Assembly (NCBI RefSeq): GCF_001194135.2
Contig: NC_068990.1
Coordinates: 81,603,711-81,667,710 of the forward strand
DNA length: 64,000 nt
Direction of reading: 5' to 3'
Source of the DNA: Octopus bimaculoides
Lineage: Eukaryota
Shown: in pieces, positions 53,712 to 64,000 of the stretch
How the letters are laid out: the number at the start of each line of letters is the position of its first letter
Numbering within the stretch: the stretch's first letter is position 1
The notes under the pieces: generated by a model
The model's database searches: none
What the model was told of the DNA's origin: nothing
Seen by the model: the letters and a program-made list of their open reading frames with translations, nothing else
Made by a program: the position numbers and the translations under genes

Positions 53712-53714
<3 letters not shown>
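53207..53714. mobile_element. Fold-back pair of a tRNA-headed, hammerhead-bearing short retroelement
   Basis: Arms of ~190 bp (53207-53400 and ~53510-53714) are reverse complements. The axis is the perfect palindrome TATGCCCA|TGGGCATA (53486-53501). A tRNA-like head occupies 53418-53492 on the minus strand, and each arm has a CUGAAGA...GAAAC-type core. Confidence 0.85.
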
Positions 53715-53749
<35 letters not shown>

Positions 53750-54160
53750 TGTATACAGTATAACCCTCTTATTCTCTACCACTCATGTTCTCTCTTATTT
53801 GCTATGTCATGTTATCATTGTATAGAGGAATGACATTGAATGTGTTGATATTCAGTCCTCTATACCACCGCCCACACCACAGCCAAGTCATGCCTGCAAG
53901 GAAAGCTAATAGAAAATGATAAAACCTGTACCAAGTTTCATCTTGATTTTGTTCATATTGTAGGGAATTAGTACTAGTGGTACACCCTTCCCACACGACG
54001 AATGGAATAACCTAGTCACTATAAGTAAAGAGAAGTATGAGAAGTATCAGAGTACATCATAGGTGGTCAGAGATAGTCATGTCTTTACTGGTTTTACTAA
54101 GTATACTGTATACTGAAGTGGGTTTTATAACAATCCAACATTTTAAGGATATAACTATGG

Positions 54161-54334
54161 CAACGGATTTAAACAACTCACGAGGAATTAATAAACTCAA
54201 TGAGGATTTAAACAACTCACAAGGAATTAATAAACTCGACGAGGAATTAAGCAACTCACGAAGAATTAATAAACTCGACAAGGATTTAAACAACTCTACG
54301 AGGAATTAATAACTCCTGAGAAGTTAACAAACTC
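54161..54334 (+). repeat. Alternating 19/20-bp tandem array (39-bp dimer), 9 units, in the LTR element leader
   Basis: Units such as ACGAGGAATTAATAAACTC, AATGAGGATTTAAACAACTC and GACGAGGAATTAAGCAACTC. Confidence 0.92.
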
Positions 54335-54384
54335 ACAAAGTTTTGTTGTGTGAATTTTACCAAAAAAAACAAATCGTAAAATTT

Positions 54385-55230
54385 ATGGAAAATTTGTTGG
54401 CTGGTTTGCTCAAGTTCCAAAAACAGCAACAACAACAACTGAAAGAACAACTACAATTGCTATTACAGCAACAAATGCTGCAATTAATGAAGTTGTCAGG
54501 AAATTCAGAAAGAATGTTTTCATCAGACTATGTTGCGAACTCCATAACAGAGTTCANNNNNNNNNNCATCAGACTATGTTGCGAACTCCATAACAGAGTT
54601 CAAATACGAACCTGACAAAGGAGTTAACTTCGAAGAATACTACAGAAGATATGAGCAAATCTTTGAGAAAAGATGTAAAGATTGGGATGATGAGATGAAA
54701 ACACACTTAATCTTGAGAAAACTGGTGGCAACATAACATGAATGATACAGTAGTTATTTACTCTCGAGAAAACCTTCGGACATAAACTTTAATGACACAA
54801 TAGATATACTGTGTAAAATTTTCAGTGAAAAGAGCTCATTGTCCAGTACCTATTGGAAGTGTCGGAACATACAGAAGGAAGTTATGGATGAGGTAGCTCT
54901 TCAACAATTTTTAAGAGTGTACCATGACACCAGATACACCAGCAGATAGCTCACCAGCAGAGCTGATGTTTGCAAGGAAAGTAAAATTAGTCTTTTGATA
55001 AATTGCTACCTGACAAGAAAACAAGTTGTGCCAGGGAGGACATAGCAAGATTTTTTGAAGTTGGTATAAAGATGTATATGAGGGCATAGAAGAATGGAAA
55101 GCAGAGTTGGGAAGATGGCGTAATTACCAAATGCATTGGTAAAATGATGTATTGGGTAAAAAATAGAAAAGGCATACTAAAGAGACATAGGAATCAACTG
55201 AAAAAGAAATTCGTGGAAAGCGAGCCAAAG
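54385..55230 (+). pseudogene. Gag N-terminal half fused to integrase C-terminal remnant, with stops and frameshifts
   Basis: MENLLAGLL...FKYEPDKGVNFEEYYRRYEQIF...HLILRKL...IFSEKSSL is Mag/K02A2.6-type gag. It runs into VALQQFLRVY and SPAELMFARKV, an integrase tail. Confidence 0.85.
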
Positions 55231-57564
55231 AAGTTGGAGGAACCGATGGAATGGTTGTGTGATACATTCCAAGTACCAAAGCCACTGCAGGTGATTGATC
55301 CCAGGTGTACAAGTGAGAGGGAAAGAAAACATGCAGAGTTCCTGAAAATATATGCCAAGCATAAAAAATACCAAATTGTACGAAAAAATTCAAAAAAGGG
55401 AGGTGGGGATGAATAAAAAAAAATTATTGCTAAATAAAATGACACTTCCTCAGAAAAACTTAAAAGGAGAGATGTTGTAAGGAATTAGTAGTAATGATGA
55501 ATGGAATAATGTAGTCACTATAAGTCAAGAGAAGTACATGAAGTACCAGAGTACGTAGTAGGTGGTCAAAGATAGTCATGTCTTTACTGGGTTTACTACG
55601 TATACTGTATACTAAAGTGGGTGTTACAACAATCCAACATTTTAAGGATATAACAGTTCACAAATCGGGTTAAATACCATTTCATACTTTCAGTCATTGA
55701 TATATTATCAGATATTTTGATGGCTGATAACAGCAAAATATACAGGATGGTTTCTAAAAATGTTTTTAGTATTCCTGGATTTAAAGATTCTAAAAAAAAT
55801 ATCTGCCTAATCATCTTGATTTATTAAGTTTTTGATCATTTAGTCCTCGATTGTAGTCAAAATTTGTGACAAAACATTGAAGGTTATTATTCAAACAATA
55901 TATTTTTTGATTTTTTAACTGATTATTCCTTTTCTTCTCACCTAGATATTTATTTATTTTCTGACAAATTCTGCAGAACTAAATGACATTAAAAAAATCT
56001 CTGAAACAAGCATTTAGAAAATTTTTTTTATAGAGACTTCCCCAGCATATTTGTTTATATAGCAACATTAAAACAGCAACATTAAAACCTTAAAGATGTT
56101 TGACATCTAATTAGTTTCAAGAATTAACGAATGAAATAACCTTCACTAGTTCAGACTTCATTATTCACAGAATATTGGTAATTCTTTTTTTTTTTGTTCT
56201 GACAGATTCTTTTATTTTGTTATGGAGAGCTTTCGCTGATATTAATTCTTGAAGGATTTGCCAAATGGTTTTATGTTATCTGGATCAAAAGCATTGATTT
56301 TTATCCTTTCGTTGACACCCTATAAGATTCTGTCACGGTATTAGATTAGCTGAATAAGAGTTAGTTGTTCCTTCTTGAATGATAAGTGGCATTGAACATG
56401 AATGAATCATCTTTGATGATGTTCAACAATTGCTACATTTACGAATATGTCTCGTATTTTGTGTGGGTAATTTGAATTGCAATTTTTCAAATTATTCTGT
56501 ATTCTCCTTAGATATAATATCAGTATAATAGGATTATTATTGAATTTGGGGGGGAAATCTCAGTGTAGTCACTCAACTTGCTGGAAACAAATGCCAGATT
56601 TCTGTCAAATCAAATTCTATCATTCAATAAAAGCAAAACAAGGAAGGACATATTGCGTAATGTTATACAGTATACACTATGCTGGAATATCTTCAATCAT
56701 AGGTTTCCTCAGTCAGAGCTGATTTGGGATTAAACAGCTGCAACAATCTAGGATCTCTATTTGAATTCCTAAATTTGTGGTTGGTAATGTTATTCAGGCA
56801 CAGCAAGCAACAGAATACGATAAAATTGTATACAGCATATGTATCTAACATACTCAGGTATTATGCTCTATGCATCAGACTGATATGTTTTTTTTTAAAT
56901 TTGAAATATAGGGTTATGAAAATTTATCAGTTTAATTCATAGATCATAAAACCTGAATATCTTAGAAATATAAACAAACTTGAATGTGAAATAAACAAGC
57001 AATAATTTTTTTTCTAACTTCTATGGTATGTGAAACTATGTAGTAACTTTCCAAGATTTAACTTTTATGTGAAATTATAATGACTGTTTTTAATACTCTC
57101 TCTCTCTCTCCACATACACATGGTTAACCCTAAATCTTCAGATTTCCGGTTTAGTAATAAATATTCTACCTTCATCAGTGGGATATACCAAAGTAGTTTA
57201 TAGTCATTTGATGTCTATCTCTAGTATATAGGCGCTGTTCCTTCATAAAATTATAGTCTCAATGTCAATATGACATCTTAACTCATTTAAACATTTAAGA
57301 GGTTTTGTTGACTGCTTATTCGAGTGGGTTGCTATAGAGAACATCAGTAGTTTCCTCAAACTCTGGGTTGTTGCTGTTATTGTTTAACCTTAGACCAGTC
57401 CCGAGCAAAAAAAAAAAACATTCTATATTTTTGTATATCAGGGATTACAATATCCAGTGTATTGTCCTAACTGCTTTTAAGATCATAGAGTGTGGTTTAG
57501 AGAGAGATAGGTTGTGTGGTTTAGATGGTAGACCAACAGCTCCCTTACTAGTTATAGAATTTGT

Positions 57565-57912
57565 CCTTCCTTCCTTCCTTCCTTCCTTTCCTTCCTTCCT
57601 TCCTTCCTTCTTTCCTTCCTTCTTTCCTTCCTTCCTTTCCTTCCTTCCTTTCCTTCCTTCCTTCCTTCCTTTCCTTCCTTCCTNNNNNNNNNNNNNNNNN
57701 NNNNNNNNNNNNNNNNNNNNNNNNNNNNNNNNNNNNNNNNNNNNNNNNNNNNNNNNNNNNNNNNNNNNNNNNNNNNNNNNNNNNNNNNNNNNNNNNNNNN
57801 NNNNNNNNNNNNNNNNNNNNNNNNNNNNNNNNNNNNNNNNNNNNNNNNNNNNNNNNNNNNNNNNNNNNNNNNNNNNNNNNNNNNNNNNNNNNNNNCTTCC
57901 TCCCTCCCTCCC
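57565..57912. repeat. (CCTT)n polypyrimidine microsatellite spanning a gap
   Basis: CCTT/CCTTT units on both sides of the N run. Confidence 0.95.
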
Positions 57913-57980
57913 TCCCCATACACACACACTTATGATACTATCAATCGGAACCATATTTGCTGTTGATTTCTTATTTTCAG

Positions 57981-58053
57981 GTACGACTTGCAGAAGCGAG
58001 TTGTGATCTGGATGTGGCCCAGCCCTCTTAGAGTGTTAGAAGTTAAGGGCTGA
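57981..58053 (+). CDS. Candidate (possibly terminal) exon (xYDLQKRVVIWMWPSPLRVLEVKG*)
   Basis: Strong acceptor gatttcttattttcag followed by a local rise in GC. No strong donor is present and the frame is uncertain. Confidence 0.35.
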
Positions 58054-59779
58054 AACACTTTCCTCAGCAGGGTTTTCTTCTCAGAAGACCCTCTGTTGTT
58101 CAGCTAACTCTCTTGGGAATTTCTTACCATTGAAGTTGAAAAAAAAAAAATGTTATTGCCGTTTTCAACCATTAACTTTAGATTATTATATCTCGACCCA
58201 GAGTAAATTTTATTAATCAAACTAATAACAGTTTACATAAATGCTGTAAGACCAAATTTGAATACATTAAAATGATATATAAATATATGAAGTGAAATTG
58301 AATGTATTTAGCTTCTTCGTTAAATAAGGTTCCATGCAAACCTTTTCAGTATCTTAGAGTGGAGACTGAACCAAACAATTTCATTGTTACATAACATGAG
58401 CTTCTGCCGACCTTTTTTCTTTGATGCTTAAGTATAAGTAAAACTATTTATCAAAATGTTAATGCCATTGTATGGATACATATTTTATTTACTTATTGTT
58501 TTAAGATTTTTGGGGGCAAAACAATAATTACTACTGTACTAATACAATGAAAGTTAAGTATATAGTCAGTCACATCTGTATTTAGTCTTAGTGTTGTTGC
58601 ACATATTATAAGTCTACATCAGTCAGACTAAATAAGGAGCTTCTATGTGATTCTTTGTCCTGCTAGATATAGCACCAAATCACTAAAAAACACCTTTTAC
58701 CATCTTTAAAACGAAGGGTGACATATGTATTGAAGATAGTGTAGTCCTAGAAATTGTGTTTCTTAAAAACAAACAAAAAAAAAACAGACAGGATGGTCAT
58801 TCATGGCCTGCTTTTGATTATAAGTCTGCACAGTTAGGATTGCCTTAGAGCTAAGCACAACTACAGTGCAATTGGTACATTTTGTTTGCTTAGTTCAGAC
58901 AGGAAAAGAAAAATTAAACAAATAACTACAAGGAACTTTTAGATCAGCCTTTCTAAGTGCCCTCTCCAATCAACAGGCATGCACTTGGAGCCTTCACTAT
59001 CATTATTTTCAGGACTCTCTCCCACCTTTCATTAGATTCACTTTCAGGGTAGCATTCCCATTCTACCATCACCTTCCTTTACATGATAATACTGTACAAT
59101 TCAATAACCACTGCCAGGTTTTATGAAGTTCATTGGTTACAGTATATAAGATGTCTTTTAGTCATACATGTGTCATGAAAATTTTTGGTGTTGCTGTTTA
59201 ACCTTAAATCATCCCCCATCTAGTTCATCTAAGATCAAATTCATTCCAGTCATGACCATCCTACCTGTTATTCAGACATTGTATCTAGAACTACATTGTC
59301 CAATATATTCTTTTTTTTTTTTTAAGACAACGCGGTATGATTTGAGGGAAGTTAAGAGGCTATTTCTAGCAGGTTGATCTACCACTTAAAGATTCCCCTT
59401 ATTGGTTCTCTACATTTTGTGTTAATTAAAACGAAGAAACTGTGATTGAAATACAGGTGAAAAAAATAGTCATAGAACATTATTTTTAATTGAGCACATT
59501 AACTCTTTATCTGTTTCTATGCTATTAACTTGAGACTGACAAGAAGCTAAATTGAACCTACCACTTCTCTCAAATCTATGAAACTCATTAAGTATACAGT
59601 AATATATTTGTAAGTTTATGTTGAAAGTCACTCATGAGCTTTTTGAAAATAAATCATCTCTTGCAAATTTAAATACAAGAATTCTCTTACATTACACTTA
59701 ACTCTACATACACACCTTATATGGCTTATCTTCAATATTTCTCACTTTCCACCCACTTTCATAACAAAATATATTCATC

Positions 59780-59960
59780 GTAAAAGAGCTTTCACATGGT
59801 CACTCGACCTGCTAGAGATAACGGCCAAATTTTGCTCAAATCACACATTGTCATCTTCAAAAAGGAACGATACATTAGAAACTATAGTTTTTTATGAACA
59901 GAGAGCATGTTTAGCTGGAAGGTTTTAATCAGAAGTTGACTCAAAAAAGGCTGAATAACA
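59780..59960 (+). mobile_element. Repeat family C copy
   Basis: catggtcactcgacctgctagagataacggccaaat...tcaaatcacac, ending in an (AAT/AAC) tail. Confidence 0.7.
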
Positions 59961-62185
59961 ATAACAGTCTTATTATAATAATCATTCTAAAGAGTGACAT
60001 TTTAAAATCCTATTCTAACATTTCGGATGGTTTTTATTCATTGTGTGTGTGTGTGTGTATGTGTGTGTGTGTGTGTATTGCATTCACATTGATTTGCTTT
60101 TGCGATGTCCACCTCTCTTGCAAGAAGAATAGCAAGCAGAAAACTGCATAGTAGTAGTAGCATCATCTACAGTAAAGTAAGCAGTTGTTCTGACAATTTG
60201 GCTATCACATTAATGGATAGTAAAACAATCCAAATATGCCAAAATATTGTTATGCTGTATATAGATTGAGTGACAATGTGAGTCATCCAGATTTTCATTT
60301 GCGTCTTCCGACAGTTCTTCACCGCTACAGTTATATGAGAAAATGAGAAGAAAAAGCAAAAGAAAGGTCATTGAATGTAATTAAAACAATTTAGATCGAT
60401 AATATGGGTAGAATTTAAATAAACAATTGTCTTGAAATATAGAGCATTTCTGCTTATTTCAAATACATTATAGAGAGAAAGGGAAAGAAAGAGAGAGAGA
60501 AAAAGACAGTCAGACAGACAAAGACAGAGACAGAGTGATAGAAAGGAGGAGGATGGTAAATTATTTGAACCAGTCCAGACTATCTTTTGGATTTTAGTTC
60601 CTTAGAAAGTATTCTTTGTTTCAACAAGTTTTAATTGGTTACTCATTATGAGGTAGATAGTTCTAAAGGACTATTTAGTAGAGAGGAATAAGACTTGAGG
60701 ATTTAGTTAGTGTGTGTCTTTCTCTTGGTTTCAATTTCCATGCCGTGTGCTCTCAATTCCTTGATGGAATTGTCAGAGTGCCATCATGACATATGACATG
60801 TCTTGGATATTTTAGACGTGGCAAATCCCATCCTTTTCCATGTTTAACCACAGTCAATTTCTCCTAGGAGAGAAAGAAATAGAAAGATTAACAAAAAGTG
60901 AAGAACTGATCCAGTTATAAAATTAATGCTTTGCTTATTGACTCCAAAAGTATGAAGGGCAAAGCTTGTTTTGGTGGGATTTGAACTTAGGGTGCTGAGA
61001 GTCAAAACAATTACTGCAAAGCAATCCACCTGACACTCCAGCAATTGTGAATTGGCTACATAGGTTCTTGTATCTCTTGGTAACTAAATATAAGAAGAAG
61101 CAGAAGTAGTAGTAGTTGTTGTAGCATCTTAATTCTAAAACAGACTTATTCATGGAGAGACCTATGATTGAAGACTTTCTAGTCATAACAAACTTCTTTT
61201 TTTATTTTTTATTTTTTTAGTATTGTGTATCTAGGATTATGTTAATGGTTAGCAATGAGAAACCTGTAATTGGTTGGCTGGTTGTTTGTGTGAAGCATCT
61301 ATGTTATGAGTGATGCTGCTTCAAAGTAGAGTTATTATCACCAACGAACCCAGTAAAGCATTCTGATTATAGTTCGGCACCTTGAGAATTTCTATTTTCA
61401 GACTAATTCTCTTCGTTCTCAAAAGTAGCCTGTACAGGATCCCTGCATATCATTATGTCAGGATATATTAAAGAATTATTAAAAAATAGTCTGAAACTTG
61501 AAGGTATGACCTGAATGTTAATATTACTAATAATCATAAGGAAATGTGTCTCAATCAGAATTGAGTTTCCACTTGAATCAACTAAGTTCTCGGGCTCATT
61601 GAATTAGCATGTAAATGACTGAATATTCCACCAGTACTTAATGTAGTCCCTAAGCAAATTTAATGTGACAAGGCTAGACCTTTTGATTTACAGGTACAAT
61701 CCACTGATGGGCTTCTATACAATTTCCATCTGCTCATTTTCACTCACAGGGCATAGATTAACCTGAGGCTATAGTAAAAGATGCCTTCCCAATATGCTAC
61801 AGAGTGGGAGTGTACATCAACCTTGTGACTAAAACAAATTTCTTAATTATCCAACCATCTTGTTTCTAATTACTGTCATTACCATTTTCTTGTTGTCTTG
61901 GTTTGGATGAGTGCAGCAGTTCTGTGTCATCTTGTCCTGTGAGAACCAACATCCTTAGAGCTCATGTCTTTCTTGATCTTCCTATTTTTCAAGGATACTT
62001 TGCACTCTGAACATGCAGCAATTGTTTATGTAGATATTATAGTCCATTTACAATACATGTCTATACAAGTACAATTATCTCTCCTTGGCTAATGTCTTTA
62101 ATTCCTTTTTGCTAGCTCACTTGTACAGTAACTTATGTATTACACATCTAAGCTGTACACATATTCCACATTTATGTAGATATAT

Positions 62186-62504
62186 GGAGGTGCAATGGCC
62201 CAGTGGTTAGGGCAGCAGACTCGTGGTCGGAGGATCGTAGGTTCGATTCCCAGATCGGGTGTTGTGTGTGTTTATTGAGCGAAAACACCTAAAGCTCCAC
62301 GAGGCTCCGGCAGGGGGTGGTGGCGACCCCTGATGTACTCTTTCACCCCAACTTTCTCTCTCACTCTTTCTTCCTGTTTCTTGAGTAACGCTGCGATGGA
62401 CTGGCGTCCCGTCCAGGGGGGGGGGACACACATGCCATAGAAACCGGGAAACCAGGCCCATGAGCCTGGCTAGGATTTAAAAGGGCGCATAAATAAATAA
62501 AATA
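62186..62504 (+). mobile_element. Full-length tRNA-derived SINE with V-domain-like segment and TSD
   Basis: A box TGGCCCAGTGG, B box GGTTCGATTCC, segment CTGCGATGGACTGGCGTCCCGTCCAGGG and a (TAAA)n tail. Direct repeats ATGTAGATATAT flank it at 62174-62185 and 62505-62516. Confidence 0.9.
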
Positions 62505-63711
62505 ATGTAGATATATGCATATGTGTATACATATGCACATACTGATACATTCTTTTGTTTCCTTCTTCTGCTGGTATTAGTTGTTGGCTGGACTATGGCC
62601 ATGTTGGGGCACCATGTTTAATGGTATAGTTGTCTGTATCAACCCCAGTACTTGCAGATAAGAACATTTTTATAGATCTTGTTTTCATCTTCCATCATAT
62701 TTCTGTTCACATCTAGCCTGTATTATTGAAATGTAAGTTATTCCATTATTTGACTGGTATTTTCGGTCTTACCCCAAGAAGGATGGAAAGCAGAAATTGA
62801 CCTTAGTGAGGTTTGAACTCAGTGACTATCCAAATGAATACAATGTATTTTGCTTAGTACTCTATCTCATCTATCACACACACAAATGCACACACATGTA
62901 TGCACATATGTGTGCGCGCACACACACACATATGCACATGTGTGTACATGCACACACAAACACAGATATATATGAATTTCAATTATCTTTTTATAACCTT
63001 GATTATACTTGAATGTGTTTTGTGAATAGGTCTAAATTACAACCTTGTGTTTGGTCAATATAATGATTTTATTGGAATTTGAATATTAATTTCCAATAAT
63101 CTGAGTAAATAAATATGAAATAAATCCTTAAAGTACCTACCCACTGTGAGATCGACATTACATCAATATCAGTGTTTAGTCTTTTATATTTACTTGATGA
63201 TTCATTTATCACTGTTTTGGTAACTAAGGTGAAGGAAGACTATCTTCAACAAGGTGATTAAAATAAGGCCAAAACCAAATATTTATCAGGATAATGAAAA
63301 TAATGTCATCCAATCATTCTTTATCAACATCGTTGTCATTACCATCATCATTATCATGTTTCAGTCTTTTCCTTATTTTTCCATGTTTGCAATGGTTGAA
63401 CGGGTCTCCCAGCATCGTGACATTCATTGGAAACAATCAATCTTCTTTTTTTTCCTTTTTTTTTTTGTGTGGTTTCTAAGGCTGGATGCTTTCTATCACC
63501 AACTATTTTATAAAATGGACTAATCTAATGTTTTTCTTATATATGTTCCCACTCACCAATTTACCTAATGTTCTCCATAAAGTTTCCATAAAGTTCTATT
63601 TTCCTTCCGCCATAACCATCAATCTTTTATCTTTTACTGATTCAGTCAACATTACCTTTAGCAAATAGAGTGAAAGTTACTTTGCTGAAGAGGTCAGAAT
63701 AAAATTGAATC

Positions 63712-64000
63712 TCGTCGACGAGTGACAGGGACCTTCTCTTTGTGGCTGGAGACTTCAACGGTCATGTCGGACGTCGTGCTGGGGGCTTCCATGGCATACA
63801 TGGAGGCTATGGCTTCGGTTCCCGCAACGAGGAGGGAACCAGACTGCTGGAGTTCTGTGATGCAACCAATCTTATGGTCTGCAATACCAACTTCAGGAAA
63901 CCTGCCAGTCACCTAGTCACCTACCGCTCCGGCAGACACTCTAGCCAAATCGACTACATCCTCGCCAGAAATAGGGAAAGAGGGCGGCTTATAAATGCCA
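63712..64000 (+). mobile_element. Young 5'-truncated RTE LINE, APE endonuclease region, open to the window end
   Basis: An uninterrupted frame LFVAGDFNGHVG...GYGFGSRNEEGTRLLEFCDATNLMVCNTNFRKPASHLVTYRSGRHSSQIDYIL, with an abrupt GC/CpG rise at ~63712. Confidence 0.95.

Larger units (their letters stand above)
53956..55655 (+). mobile_element. Internally deleted Ty3/Gypsy LTR retrotransposon (Mag-like)
   Basis: LTRs at 53956-54156 and 55473-55655 (the 3' LTR is TG...CA). Perfect TSD GTTCA (53951-55 and 55656-60), PBS-like TGGCAACGGA at 54158, PPT AAAAGGAGAGA at 55462-55472. Confidence 0.93.

Noticed and set aside
54161-54334. CRISPR-like array
   Set aside because: Units are contiguous with no unique spacers, no cas genes are present, and the context is a eukaryotic LTR element. 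The same applies to the 65-bp array at 36272.
54521-54602. 36-bp exact direct repeat inside gag
   Set aside because: The copies flank a 10-N gap and gag reads through when one is removed. This is a contig-overlap artefact.
56200-56340. Strong acceptor plus coding-like DLPNGFMLSGSKALIFILSLTPYKILSR
   Set aside because: From the strong acceptor every frame hits a stop before the donor. The open frame needs a weak AAG acceptor, so this remains unresolved.

Overview
This is AT-rich, microsatellite-dense animal genomic DNA from a gapped draft assembly. The SINE/LINE repertoire and (TA)n/(CA)n density suggest an octopus or other coleoid cephalopod (inference). Most of the window looks like intron sequence of one + strand protein-coding gene that I cannot name. 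Nine short exons (4408-29493) join in frame through GT-AG splice sites, and weaker candidates lie up to ~58 kb. The introns hold decayed CR1-type, RTE and R4/Dong-like LINE fragments, several tRNA-derived SINE families and three hAT MITEs with 8-bp TSDs. There is also an internally deleted Mag-like Gypsy LTR element (53956-55655) with an intact GTTCA TSD. The most notable signals are: (1) hammerhead-ribozyme motifs in three unrelated Penelope-like terminal-repeat families (24039-24129, 15486-15589, 53207-53714), one coupled to a tRNA-type Pol III head inside a ~500-bp fold-back; (2) an alternating 19/20-bp tandem array of PBS-like motifs in the LTR element leader; (3) several near-perfect hairpins. 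There is no CRISPR, rRNA or bona fide tRNA gene. Most ORFs in the supplied track are microsatellite or N-gap artefacts. All alignments and folds were done by eye.
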